A stretch of DNA of 64,000 bases from Octopus vulgaris (Eukaryota). The position numbers and the translations under genes are program-made. The notes under the pieces are model-generated. The model worked only from the letters and a program-made list of their open reading frames with translations. It was not told where the DNA came from and did no database searches. Shown here in pieces: positions 26,763 to 41,825 of this stretch. Each line of letters opens with the position of its first letter. The stretch's first letter is position 1. The stretch covers positions 372,001 to 436,000 of the forward strand of contig OX597830.1 of assembly GCA_951406725.2 (NCBI GenBank), given 5' to 3'.

Positions 26763-27211
26763 AATGTAATTGTGGTCGAGTCGTTGGTTCGATAAAAATG
26801 TATTTAAGCTGTAAGTATAGAGAAATAAAGATTTACCTAATAAGAGAGAATGGGCTAGAGAAGAAGTTAGAGAGAGGAAGAGAAAGAGAGTAGAAGAGAG
26901 GAAAAGAACTGAAAGAATATGAGGTGGGAGAATGGGTGGAGGAGTAGAAGTAACAAAAATGAAAGGTGAAAAGATATAAAAAAACAAAAAGCATTAGCAA
27001 CAAAATAAGCTTTGTTAGAGAAATTTGAAATTAGAGAAAAAAAAACATGGAATAGTTAAAGGTGTTCAGTCAGACATTGGGTGTTCTAAATGACCAATGG
27101 TGCGACTCAGTGGCAAAACAAACTAATGAAAGCCACAAGAATGGAATGGAACAAACAAAACTAAACAAGGAGAAATTGCTAACAAGTTATATCTATCTAC
27201 ATACACACAAA

Positions 27212-27340
<129 letters not shown>

Positions 27341-27378
27341 CACACAGACACACACATATATATATATGTATATATAAC

Positions 27379-27511
<133 letters not shown>

Positions 27512-27545
27512 TGTAAGTATAGAGAAATATATATATATATATATA

Positions 27546-27621
<76 letters not shown>

Positions 27622-27655
27622 TGTAAGTATAGAGAAATATATATATATATATAAG

Positions 27656-27703
<48 letters not shown>

Positions 27704-27707
27704 CATA

Positions 27708-27780
<73 letters not shown>

Positions 27781-28792
27781 ATGTATATATATATAGTGTA
27801 GACGAGGTTGATTGTTAGAGACATCTGTATATTTATTGAAAGAACGGTTAACCAGGCAGAAATGGGTATATGTATGTGTGTGTGTGTATATATAACCATA
27901 TGGATGTCCAAGTGTGAAAACATAGGCACACACATACATACATACATACATTCACATACACACACACACACACACAGAACGTGTGTGTGTGTGTCAAGAA
28001 TTTTGAACTGATATGAAATCATAGGTTTGTAGCATTTGATAACATATGTAAAGTCAGCGTTAACAACTTTGAATTGTTATACGACAGTGAATTGTTACAC
28101 AGTCGACAGAATAACGAAATGATCGTACATCGATGGATGTTGTTTGGTCACAGGTGTTGCCCCGTCTCATTGCTTACGACGCACTCACATGGTCCACAAC
28201 AGCAATACTAGAACAACGCTGAACTTTGCCTTATAACAACGGGGTACGTTCATTTTTTTTATGTCTGTGAATGCATATTCCGATGAATGTATATTCCGAC
28301 TGTTTACATAAGCACATACACATGCACATTTACGCACACATCTAATTGTACACACTTATATATATATAGACACACACACACACATATGTATCTATCAATA
28401 TATTGAGAAGAAACAAAATTTATTTTATAAAATATTTATTCACATCACACTACACACGTTTCATGAACAAAAAATGACTGTCAGCTAAATAAAATATACA
28501 AATTATTAAATTCCTAATCCATCTTTCAATCCTATTTATATATACAAACTAGATTAACGATAGTGTTGCCTTCAGTAGTAACGTAGTAGGCACTCTGAGA
28601 GGCATACCCAGCTGTGATTAGCACCGATATAACACGTTCTTTATAATACGAGTCAGTGCTTCCCCTCGGAGATATGGGAATAGGCGTAGGGGTCCAAATA
28701 CTTTTATGATGGTTCATGAAGTGTCAGCAAATCCAAATACATGTCAGTCTGTCTGTTTGTTTGGCTGTCAGACAGAAAGACAGCCAGACAGA

Positions 28793-28886
<94 letters not shown>

Positions 28887-29083
28887 CGGACGTGCTGTCA
28901 CTTCGGCTCCGAAGGTAATCGTTTATTTTGACTATTTATAGCCCATATTTTCTGTATATTTTTGTAAATAAGGTGTGTAAGGCACCCAACTTTCGTTTGA
29001 GTGCTTTCCTAAGGGAGGAATTCGCCCCTAGGGGCAGTTTCAACGCTATTTAATTTGTGTAATTTTCTTCTCGACATTAAAAA

Positions 29084-30965
29084 ATGTCGAGAAATTTTAT
29101 TGTAGAACGCTGGTCGAATTCCTTTATGGACCAGCATTTTCCTAGTCTAGAAACGCCAGAAGAAAAAAAGAACTTATGCACGCAAAGTGCAAACCTGAAT
29201 GACGTGGTAGTGAACGCTGCAACCACTTGCGGTAACAGCCCTGTCACCACCACCACCACCACTAGCAACAACAACAACGAGACTACTACTGCTACCACCA
29301 CCACCTCCACCACCGCCACCACTACCACCACCACGACAAACATAAATGATAAAAATGAAACTCACGCGAATACTATTAACAAAAACAACAACAAGAAGAA
29401 CAACAATAAAAATGAACTATCTAATAGTGAAGATGTTAATATAAAAGAATCAATAACACCAGTAAATTTCGCTGACACTCTGCGTCAGAAAAAAAATAGT
29501 AAAATTTACGAATGAAGAGTTAATAGAAACGAGAGCACTCTTTACAACACGTGGGCAAGATTTAGTGCTGCATACACCTCAACACATAAAGGAACAAATA
29601 GAAAATAAGACAATTATATATAAAATTATAAGAAAAAACAAAAAACAAAATGAACAGATTACAAAAACGGATATAGAAAAGTGTTTAAAAAAACATAATG
29701 AAAAAACAAGAATATATAAACTGGGGTACCCAGTTGAACACAGTAGTGGTCCGTTTCCCTAACTAGGAAGTGGCAAAAGCTCACTCTACCGAGTCTTTGG
29801 AAAATGATGAAATCATCATGGTACCATACTACAAAGGCCAGAGAGTGAGTAGAATTACTATTAAAAATGTACCCCCCGAGATTCCTAACAAATGGATAAC
29901 AGGTGCAATCTGTTACCATTTGAAAACTATAAATATCTTAGAGACTGCCGTATATCTAAACGACAATTGAGGTGGAAAAACAATAGTAGTGACCATACAG
30001 ATTGAGGGGGCCTCTATCGAGAACCTACCTGATAGGATCCACTTAGAAAATGGGCAAAGCCTACATGTTGTAGCAGAAGGCAAAAAGCCTAGATGCTACA
30101 ACTGTGGCAGCCCAGAACATTTAATTGCCAAGTGTGCTCTGGCACAGAAAAAACAAGAAAGAACTAATCAGAAAACAAATAAAAAACCCTTGTTGCCAAC
30201 ACCAACACCAACACACTCAATTATGGAACAATGCCAAGAAATACAACAAACCAGCAAGCAAACCCCAACAACATCACCAAGAAAAGAAACAGTACCAACA
30301 CAATCACTGTTGACGTCGCAACCAATTCAACATGCTGAACCAAAAGATAGACCAACACCAACACCGAGGACAACAATTAAAAAGACAGAAAACAGTGACG
30401 AGAAGACAAATTCTACCCCTAACACCACAACAACACAAACACCACACAAAACATCAACAATTTCTACAAGCATACATATTAAGCAAATGCTTTGCCTTTA
30501 CCCCCTTCTGATTCGTCGGACGACGAAAGTTCGACGGAATGGCAAATAGCCACAGGGGGTAAAAGGAAAAGATCAAAAAATCCCACCAAACAAGGAAGTA
30601 AAGCAGGGAGATATTTAACTCCAGACAGCATCCTCCTAGACAATCAAAAAATCAATGAAACCGCAAAACCACACACACAACTAACTGCAATAGACACAGA
30701 CAATAAAAAATTAATGGATTATATTGCATCCAACACGGGCATCTGTGAAGATGACTTTAAGACAAACAATCATCCGCGAACCACACCACCGAAACACATA
30801 AGAATTGTACACATAACACAAACACAACACCATACACTGAAAACAATATTTCCAAATGCGGTAGGCGGGTTTCAACGATACCTCTCCAAAAAACTATACA
30901 AACACCTCATCAAAGACACTACAAAAGAAGAAGAAAAAAATAAAACTTTCGAAATGAGTAAGTGA
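29084..30965 (+). pseudogene. Tx1-type ORF1 (gag-like, CCHC knuckle), disrupted
   Basis: RITIKNVPPEI; CYNCGSPEHLIAKC; stops and frameshifts. Confidence 0.8.
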
Positions 30966-31031
30966 CCTTCCCTCTTGCCTCTTGTCTCTTCCAATGTAGT
31001 GTGTGAAACACAATTTTCGTAAACGTCAATT

Positions 31032-34000
31032 ATGCTTAAATTAGGTTGTGTGAATGCGCGTGGCTTGGCGTCGGCTTGGAAGCAAGGTTACCTTCTAAAC
31101 GATATCAAGTCACTGAACGTGGATATAGTAGCTATCAGCGAAACCAGACTCAGCAAGCCGCGGGCCCTCGCGTCCATGTTTGGCGGTCAATTTGACATTT
31201 ATTTTTCTCCCTGTCTGCCGAACATGGGTGGTGGAGGTACCGCGGTGCTTTTTTGAAAGAGTCTAAATGTAAAAGTAAGAACAATAGTCCTAGACCCGGA
31301 GGGTAGGCTGGTTGTCTTGGACGTGGATGGCAGAAATGGGTGTGCATTCCGTCTGATGGCAGTTTATGCACCGTCCTTAACGGGTCGGGTGGATTTCTTC
31401 AGACGTCCAGAGGTTTTCCTGGGTACGTCTAGACCTTTACTGTTAGTAGGGGATTGGAACGCTACCTTGGACACGCATCTAGATTATATGGGAATGGATA
31501 GGAATAGAAGGGGGTGTAAGTGCCTCAAAGACCTACTCAGACGTTTCCATTTGTCTGACAGGTTCCGACTCGACCATCCGAACGTGCCAACGTGGACAAA
31601 CCGCGTCGGATCGTCGAGATCTTATCTAGATAGAATTCTTTGCAGGACAGCGGATAGGGATAGTGTAGGATGTCCACAATTTAAAATAGTCAGCTACACA
31701 GATCACAAATTTGTGACGTGTACGCTCGACTTAGATAAGACACATAGACAGGGTCCCGGTTACTGGAAACTGAACACGTCGCTCTTAGCCGACAGGTTTA
31801 CAGGAACCGGATTAGCGAGTTAATTAAGAGGGCGCTGACGGGAGCCGTCGTTAACAACCGCTAGTGGTACACACTGAAAATGGCAATAAAATCGGAATCA
31901 ATTAGGTTTAGCAAGGAATTAGCGATAGATCGAAATAGAGTAGAGGGAGACCTGGTTAAGAAACTAGAAGAGGCACTTACCACTGGCAGCGCAACCAACG
32001 TGCTGGCTGCGAGGATGGCCCTCGACTAACACCTCAACGCCAAGCACGAAGGTTGCGTCGTCAGAGCTAAAATGCGTGCCTTAAGGAACGAAGGGATCGA
32101 AGCTGCGCGAGAGGCCCGGGTAGCGGAGGCGCAGCGTGGCAACAGAGCCACCATTCGGTCTTTAATAGATCAACAGGGATGCAGTTTACTCGAACCCGAA
32201 AGGATGTGTGAGGCCTTTCAACAGCACTTTGCTCGACTGTTTGGTGCGAGTGGTGGGTCGGAACGCGGGATGGATTTCAATGCCTACCTGACCGACCTGC
32301 CGCGGCTCTCGGCAAGAGAAGTGGAGTGTTGTGAAAGTCCTATCACAGCCGCTGACGTGCGGGATGCGATGGCGGGCTGCGCGAGGGATAAGTCGCCTGG
32401 ATTGGATGGTTTACCCTACGAGCTGTATTGTCAAATGCCAGACTTGTTTGGCGACCTCTTGGCATCAGTCTACTGCAACTGGCAACAAAACAGGAGAATC
32501 CCCGGTTTCGTGAGCCGAGGTGCAGTGACGTTGCTGAAGAAAGACCCAAACAAGGGGAATTTTATAGATAATTTCAGGCCCATCATTCTGCTCAACGCAG
32601 ATTTGAAAATTTTGGCCAAAGTAATAGCCGAGAGGTTGGCGCTTGTCATTGGTAAACTGGTCGACTGGGCGCAAACATGCGCCGTGCCGAGCAGGACCAT
32701 ACATGACAACCTCCATCTGATGCGATACATTGTGGACAGGGTAGTTAAGGATCCTTGTATGAGTGGGGCGCTGATAAATTTGGATCAGTCTAAAGCCTTC
32801 GATAGGGTCGACCATCGGTACTTGGCGGCCGTCCTCAGAGCGGCTGGCTTCGGTCCCGTCTTCCGCGGTTGGATAGCGACATCTGATTGGTGATTCGGGG
32901 GAACGGTCACCTGTCGAAACCGTTTGACATCACACATTCGGTCCGTCAGGGGTGTCCTCTGTCGGCGCTTCTGTATGTATTGACTCTCGAGCCGCTACTA
33001 CGGAAGCTGGCGACACTGAGGGGGTATCCCACGGGAACTGGGTTGCGGGACGAGCGTGTCGGCATATGCGGACGATGTCACCGTCATAGTGTCGAGCGAC
33101 AAACACATCCAGATGATAGGCGAGACACTAAGAAAATACGAAACGGTGACGGGAGCGAAGATTAACCCGGAAAAGTCAGTGGGTTTGCTACTCGGCACCT
33201 GGAGAAGCAAGCCCATGCCGTCCGACTGCGGCTCAATAGTGGGACGCTGGACGGATGGACCGGTTAGATTGCTCGGGGTCTGGTTCAGTCCGTACCTCCA
33301 AATGAATAAGAACTGGGACGAGATCACGAGTAGAGTGGTCGCTCTCAGCCAAACATGGGCCGAGAGAAAGCTGTCTCGAAAAGGCCGGGCGGAGGTGGCG
33401 AACGCGTACATCGCATCCGTCATCGATTACCGTCTGACCGTCGTACCTTGTCCCGACGCCACCATCACCAAACTGGAACGCATACTCTTCCGCTTCCTGT
33501 GGAAGGGTGGCGTTCCGATGGTGAGGAAGTCCATTTGCTGTCAACATCCGTTGAATGGTGGACTGGGCATGCAGTGGTTGATGATGCGCAGGCATGCGCT
33601 GAGACTGCGACATCTCTGGAACTTCATCGACGACGGTGAACAGGTGTGGGCTCCGTTTGTGAGGCGCGCCTTCCCGCAGATCGTCTCACTGACCGAACTG
33701 CAAACGTGGATCAAGAAGAGACCGAAACTGGGCGATTGGCAGCCGAGAGTGTCGCCAAGCTCTACAGCAGCTCTGCCGACCGGGGTCAAACTTGTGCAAC
33801 TTACAAACGACTAAAGCGTTCTATAGAGGACTAGTGGAGGGGAGGTCCGACGACACACTCGGGGCAAACCTGGGCGTCGACGAGAAATTCCTAACCCGCC
33901 TGTTCAGGACGACGTTCGGGCCGGGGCCTATGGATAACTTCCAGAAATCCCTGGCTTGGCAGTGCTATCGAGACGCATTACCTGTTCGAGAAAAGAGCTA

Positions 34001-34420
34001 CAGACACGGTTCGAAAACCATCACCGGACCGACCAGCCCGAGATGCGGTCAGAGCGACGAAACCGTTCTGCACGCATTCGTGCAGTGTCCAGATATTTCA
34101 GAGCTGTGGACCTTCGTCGAACAGCTGTTGTCACGTGTAGGTCGGGCCCGCCTATCGGCCGAGTCTATCGTCTATATTGTTCCACTATCTTCCTTCCTTT
34201 AAACGGGAAGGGAAAACGGTTTTCGTTACGCTGATGGCTATGGCGAAAGAATGTGTGTGATGGACGTGTTTGAAAGGACTGCAAACAAACACCTTCCTCT
34301 CTGGTCAGTCTCTCGTCAACTTTTTCAAGTACCACTTGAAAAGGGGGATGAGAATAGAGAGGAAGGCTTTGTCGAACGAATGTTTTAATAAAAAGTGGGT
34401 AAAAGTGGCAAAAATGGTCA
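31032..34420 (+). pseudogene. Tx1/L1 ORF2 (APE + RT + C-terminal Zn domain), frameshifted
   Basis: NARGL, SET, VYAP, GDWN, YLDRI, TDH, YWKLN, KSPGLDGLP, NFRPI, LDQSKAFDRVDH, VRQGCPLS, AYADD, GGLG, RCGQSDETVLHAFVQC. Confidence 0.92.
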
Positions 34421-34559
34421 GTATTTTAAGCATAAATCTGTAACCAAAAGAGACAACGAGAAGTAAGGGGACTTGCTCATGTGTTCTTTTTCGAACTGTC
34501 TGAGGTGACCTTGGTCTTTTTTGTAAGTTTTTCTTTCCAAGGCTACACCTAAACTGTGA

Positions 34560-34624
<65 letters not shown>

Positions 34625-34772
34625 CTTTTTTATACACCACACAACCCATAGATCCCTATTGATCAAATGTTTTTTTTTTGCCCCACCCATCCCACCTCGA
34701 AAAGAAAAAAATCTACATAGTATTTCGTCCATTTTTATTCTGTGTTTAGCCCTGTGTGGCTACAATAAAAAG

Positions 34773-35718
<946 letters not shown>

Positions 35719-35829
35719 GCTGCTTGTATGTAAAGCTCAACAGTGTTCAAGCTATGCCATTAATCAGCTTCCGATTGGCAAGGTCCCAAGATTGAGCAGA
35801 ATTCCATTGGCCATCACGTGTGATCTTCA

Positions 35830-36450
35830 ATCAGACGTAGAAAAAAAAAATAAATGGAAGGAGAGAGAAACGTGTGCAATAACTATCCAAGAATCTCCTT
35901 GTTGAGACGGCCCTCACTTGTGTACTCCTAAATCGATTGCAGAAAGTCATCTGTCAGAACACTGCTCCATTGTCATGATCCGCTCTCTGCGACAATTACA
36001 TGTAAAATGCAGAGAGCCAAACAGCTTCTCCACAACAATTTGGTTGGTCACACGAAAGGTGTGGCCTTTGTGAGCAGAGAGAGTTTCTTGATAATTCTTG
36101 CCATGATTTCCTGCCCACCGGTGTTATACAAGATGGTTCAGTTATTCTACAGAGATATCAATAGTGTCACTCATTTCCATTGATCTTCTTTCTAAACACT
36201 TGAATGTTCGCTGTGGAATGGAAAAGAGTTGCGTGCTGTTTTATGGGATATGTCCCAGGACCATCTTTTCCAGACATGTTTGATATATCAATGCCTTTCA
36301 CCTATGGTTTCTCAAGATCAAAAGATCGGAGCATCGAGTCATCAACTCTGACATTGTGATCCATACAGAGCCCCAGATTCCTCTTGCTGCAATAATGATA
36401 CCGACTTAGGTTGGGTCATGTGCGCCACATGTCATATAGAAAGACTTGAT
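35830..36450 (+). pseudogene. Decayed RTE-clade RT fragment
   Basis: MIRSLRQLHVKCREPN (cf. DMIFSLRQLQEKCREQ); TKGVAFVSRESFLIILAMISCPP; RCGMEKSCVL (cf. GVKQGCVL). Confidence 0.7.
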
Positions 36451-37407
36451 ATTTAAAACGCAGGCATCCAGTAAGTGCGCACTTGGATAAGCCTATGTTA
36501 ATTGCAAGCATGTTTATGAGAAAGACATGAAGTCTGAATACGAAAGGTGAAAAGTGAGAAAACATTTCTGACGGCAGATCCCATTCGAAATGGGAACTAG
36601 ATACAGGTTTAAAAACATGAGAGGTAAGGCTGGTCTTGCTGATGAAGAAAATTATATTCGAAAAGGTATGGCACCAAAGCAAGACTAGCAGACAGGGACT
36701 TCCCTTGTATTCAGGACTACAACCCATATGGAGGTCTTTATAGTCTCAACTAATGATGTTCTGCTAAGACGAAGACAAGACTTTCCAGACACAGATACAT
36801 GTTCTCTCGAGACAACCGGATGTGTCCTCCCATGAATACCCACACACGTACTCACACAAACATGCACGTGTGCACACACATATGCACTACGCACACACAC
36901 ATACATACATGCACACTTAAACATACACATACACAAACGTATATATATATGTATATACATATATATATATACATACACACATATATATATATACATACAT
37001 ATATATATACATACATATACATACATATATACATACATATATATATACATACATACATATATATATACATACATACATATGTATATATATACATACATAT
37101 GTATATATATACATACATATATATCAACAATTGAGGGTAAAATTAATTAATCAATTTCACCAAGTGTTCAGTATGTAAAAGGACCATTTAAGGCGAATTC
37201 AAAATATTACATTATATAATTAGGGCTTAGTAAAATAAAATAAAATTACTTTGCCACATACTGAACTTAGTAGAAATAGCAGCCAAAAAAAATTTTTTTT
37301 AGCCGTTTCTACTACTTAAAGAAAATTTCTCTCAGATAATGTTTACTCCAGACAGCTCACGAAGGTTTGGAGGTAAATACAGAAAAATATCACAAGTACA
37401 TAGATCG

Positions 37408-37470
37408 TTTGAGTACGTTAACGTTTCAAGATTAGCCAAGTAAAATCAGCATTTCTTTCGTCTGCTCAAA
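37408..37470 (-). ncRNA. HHR copy with core mutation (CAGACGA)
   Basis: Reverse complement of 38484-38546 with U4A. Confidence 0.65.
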
Positions 37471-37981
37471 ATTTCTTAATTTGGATTTGGAAACACTAAA
37501 AAGAAGGAACCTTACCTATCTGCGAACTTGTCGCTTCAAATGAACCAGCTCCGACTGACAGTGCTAACAAATTCAAAATGCGCAGGCGTAAATCTCTGCA
37601 CTCCTTTGCCACCCACGTGGTCTATCTAGCAAACATTATATTTTAACCGCGAGAACCGAAGCAGTATGACAGAGAGAAATGAATTATAATATCAACAATT
37701 GAGGGTAAAATTAATTAATCAATTTCACCAAGTGTTCAGTATGTAAAAGGACCATTTAAGGCGAATTCAAAATATTACATTATATAATTAGGGCTTAGTA
37801 AAATAAAATAAATTACTTTGCCTGCCACATACTGAACTTAGTAGAAATAGCAGCCAAAAAAAATTTTTTTTTTTAGCCGTTTCTACTACTTAAAGAAAAT
37901 TTCTCTCAGATAATGTTTACTCCAGACAGCTCACGAAGGTTTGGAGGTAAATACAGAAACATATCACAAGTACGTAGATCG

Positions 37982-38044
37982 TTTGAGTACGTTAACGTTT
38001 CAAGATTAGCCAAGTAAAATCAGCACTTCTTTCGTCAGCTCAAA
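37982..38044 (-). ncRNA. Canonical type I HHR
   Basis: Reverse complement of 38484-38546; core intact. Confidence 0.85.
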
Positions 38045-38483
38045 ATTTCTTAATTTGGATTTGGAAACACTAAAAAGAAGGAACCTTACCTATCTGCGAA
38101 CTTGTCGCTATTTCTACTAAGTTCAGTATGTGGCAAAGTAATTTATTTTATTTTACTAAGCCCTAATTATATAATGTAATATTTTGAATTCGCCTTAAAT
38201 GGTCCTTTTACATACTGAACACTTGGTGAAATTGATTAATTAATTTTACCCTCAATTGTTGATATTATAATTCATTTCTCTCTGTCATACTGCCTCGGTT
38301 CTCGCGGTTAAAATATAATGTTTGCTTGATAGACCACGTGGGTGGCAAAGGAGTGCAGAGATTTACGCCTGCGCATTTTGAATTTGTTAGCACTGTCAGT
38401 CGGAGCTGGTTCATTTGAAGCGACAAGTTCGCAGATAGGTAAGGTTCCTTCTTTTTAGTGTTTCCAAATCCAAATTAAGAAAT

Positions 38484-38546
38484 TTTGAGCTGACGAAAGA
38501 AATGCTGATTTTACTTGGCTAATCTTGAAACGTTAACGTACTCAAA
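38484..38546 (+). ncRNA. Canonical type I HHR
   Basis: TTTGAG-CTGACGA-AAGA...TCTT-GAAA-CGTTAACG-TA-CTCAAA; stem III palindrome ACGTTAACGT; GUA site. Confidence 0.88.
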
Positions 38547-38835
38547 CGATCTATGTACTTGTGATATTTTTCTGTATTTACCTCCAAACCTTCGTGAGCT
38601 GTCTGGAGTAAACATTATCTGAGAGAAATTTTCTTTAAGTAGTAGAAACGGCTAAAAAAAAAAAAAATTTTTTTGGCTGCTATTTCTACTAAGTTCAGTA
38701 TGTGGCAAAGTAATTTATTTTATTTTACTAAGCCCTAATTATATAATGTAATACATACATATATATATATATATACATATATATATACATACATACATAC
38801 ATACATACATAAATACATACATACATATATATATG

Positions 38836-38899
<64 letters not shown>

Positions 38900-38906
<7 letters not shown>

Positions 38907-39547
38907 TGCCTCCTCGTTATCGAGTATGGCCATTGCACGAAGCTTAACTGTTGTTGGTGCTGAGATCGAATGTGAGTTTTATTTGCTTTTTAAGGCTACA
39001 GCCAGCCATTCAGTTGAGACTCACAACACTAGCAACAATCATGAACAATGTTGCTATCGTGCAATGCCTGTGCAAGAAGATTTTTTTTAAAGTGAGGAAA
39101 GGCTGTGCACTGAGTCAATCCCACTCACTAAGCAACAGCAGCCATAATCTGAAAAGAACAAGTCAACATCACCGGAAACCACTGAGCCGCAGGTTTTATG
39201 TCGGAGTTATCCCAGTTACCTGAGTTACCTTCTCCTAGAAGGATGCTCTAACAAAGGCTAGGAGTCCTTCACTCCCAATGGTTTAACTGTGCGATCGGGT
39301 ATTCAGTACGATTATTTCTATGTCCCCGCGCATGCCTTTAAAAAAATATACATTTATTGGATGGCCGTTGACTCTCAAGAGTTCCTCCGCCCTTTGACGC
39401 GCTTTGTTTTTCATGCCGCAGGGTGTTCAATAAACACCCTCCTCACTAAGCAAGCTTGGTGGGCTTGCCGGTTTAGACGCCGACGACCCGACCATGCAAC
39501 AGGTTGTTACTAGGTTACATGTGACCAGTAGCACACGAAAGTGACCT

Positions 39548-39550
<3 letters not shown>
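38900..39550 (-). mobile_element. Probable non-autonomous RTE derivative (5' UTR-like region joined to a 3' end)
   Basis: Minus strand GTCAAAGGGCGGAGGAACTCTTGAGAGTCAACGGCCATCC and TAGCCTTTGTTAGAGCATCCTTCTAGGAGAAGGTAACTC recall RTE 5' UTRs (from memory); no RT ORF; (TA)n flanks. Confidence 0.5.
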
Positions 39551-39614
<64 letters not shown>

Positions 39615-39936
39615 AAAAGTGAGATATATTGGAGAAAACATCAGGTAAAAATTTCTATTTGTAGGATTTTCAATTTAAAAAGGAACTTTCCTAACTTCAT
39701 TTCGCGAAGAATTTTTATTTACTTGTCCAACACAACATATTTTTTTTATTCGAAATACGTAAAAACTTAATTGACACTTTTAGTAACGAAGGCAAAAGAG
39801 AAAAATCTACAAAACAAATATAAATAAAAAGAAAAACTCTGCAGTAAATATTTGCAGCACACCATTCCATGTCTACAATGGCTTGTTAGTGATGATGATG
39901 ATGTTGATGATGGTGGTGGTGCTGCTGCTGGTGGTG

Positions 39937-39971
<35 letters not shown>

Positions 39972-40183
39972 TGTGTGTGTGTCTGTGAGTGTGTGTGTGT
40001 GCGTATGTGTGTGTGTGTAAGTAGTTTCCATATCTGAATGTGATTTGTCCTTTTTTTAATAAAGTAAATTGAACTTTTTTTTTCAGTTAATTACATTCAG
40101 TTAATTATTACTTTCAGAATCGTCTTTGCTGAAACCTTTTCAAGACAACTTAACTCAGCTCTACATTATGCAAATATTTTAAA

Positions 40184-40656
40184 GGCGGCCAGCTGGCAGA
40201 AACGTTAGCACGCCGGGCGGCGACATGCCTAGCGGTATTTCGTCTGCCGCTACGTTCTGAATTCAAATTCCGCCGAGGTCGACTTTGCCTTTCATCCTTC
40301 CGAGGTCGATAAATTAAGTACCAGTTACGCACTGGGGATCGATGTAATCAACTCAATCCGTTTGTCTGTCCTTGTTTGTCCCCTCTGTGTTTAGTCCCTT
40401 GTGGGTAGTAAAGAAATAGGTATTTCGTCTGCCGTTACGTTCCGAGTTCAAATTCCGCCGAGGTCGACTTTGCCTTTCATCCTTTCGGGGTCGATAAATT
40501 AAGTACCATTTACGCACTGGGGTCGATGTAATCGACTCAATCCGTTTGTCTGTCCTTGTTCGTCCCCTCTGTGTTTAGCCCCTTGTGGGTAGTAAAGAAA
40601 TAGGTATTTCGTCTGCCGCTTCGTTCTGAGTTCAAATTCCGCCGTGGTCGACTTTG
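40184..40656 (+). mobile_element. SINE with tandem head-less repeats (184-185-bp period)
   Basis: GGTATTTCGTCTGCCG at 40234, 40419 and 40603. Confidence 0.9.
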
Positions 40657-40869
40657 AAGTTATGCAAAGTTTCATGTCCATGAAGAATTGCACACCTGAT
40701 GTTCAGAAACACTTTACGAACATGAGTATGAGCCTGCCCTGCCTGCTTCTCTGCCTGTCTGCCTGCCTGCCTACCTACCTACCTATCTACCTACCTACCT
40801 AGCTACCTACCCAACCCATCCACCCACCCACCCACTACTTATCTACAACTAATTAAGCAGCTCTGCAAA

Positions 40870-41135
40870 CAAATGAACGAACATCTGAAACCAACAACAG
40901 AACCAACGCCATCATTGCCACCACCAACAACAACTCCACAGGAAGAAGAGGAAACTATAATAACCCAAACACCTCATCCCAACTGTCATCAACCAGCATC
41001 AACAACAAAACCAACACACTCAGAAATAGATCCCAATATCCTTTCCCTGATTTCTCCGACATGTCATCAGATGAAGACGACACAGATGATTGACAAGTGG
41101 CCACAGGGGGAAGGAGAAAAAGGGGAGGGAAAGAA
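40870..41135 (+). pseudogene. Fragment of a related Tx1 ORF1
   Basis: SDEDDTDD*QVATGGRRK resembles SDDESSTEWQIATGGKRK at about 30520-30570. Confidence 0.6.
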
Positions 41136-41169
41136 TAGAGAATGTACATGCATACATACACACACACAT

Positions 41170-41241
<72 letters not shown>

Positions 41242-41242
41242 A

Positions 41243-41457
41243 AAGTTAATCCAAACAAGAAAACACAAAAAACACAACAACGCGAGGACGTGGAACAAAT
41301 ATAGTGTTATTGGATGCTCAGGAAAGAAGGGAAGAAGGCAGGTTTAACGTTTCGAGCGGAGCTCTTCGTCAGAAACATAGGAGAAGGAAAGATCCAGAGA
41401 AGGGAAGACAGAGGGAAAAATCGCCAACGGTACACACGAGGTCACATTTTGAAAGGT

Positions 41458-41465
<8 letters not shown>
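41243..41465 (-). mobile_element. Penelope-type terminal (pLTR) fragment with minimal HHR at 41342-41376
   Basis: Minus: GTTT-CTGACGA-A-GAGC tcc GCTC-GAAA-CG-TT-AAAC; same family as 44051-44323; similar in layout to the 13776 HHR. Confidence 0.8.
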
Positions 41466-41525
<60 letters not shown>

Positions 41526-41763
41526 CTACAAAATTAGAAAATGGAGAAACATACTTAAATCAATCAAACATCAACCATCAGATGATACCCAATCAATACT
41601 TTATTACACCATTACATAACAGCAAAGGCATTATACAAAATATATTGTAAATATAATTAGACAAGGAAATAGAAATATAAAATATAAAATATAATATATA
41701 ATTATATCATATCTGACAGCTGTTTCGGCCGTAAGGGCAAGTATGCCTCATTTAACCTATAAG

Positions 41764-41825
<62 letters not shown>

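Larger units (their letters stand above)
37123..38751. mobile_element. Non-coding 568-nt HHR-bearing unit: about 1.7 tandem copies plus about 1.1 inverted copies
   Basis: Units start at 37123 and 37691; inversion at about 38106-38108; the inverted arm also crosses the unit junction; TA-rich microsatellite flanks. Confidence 0.9.
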
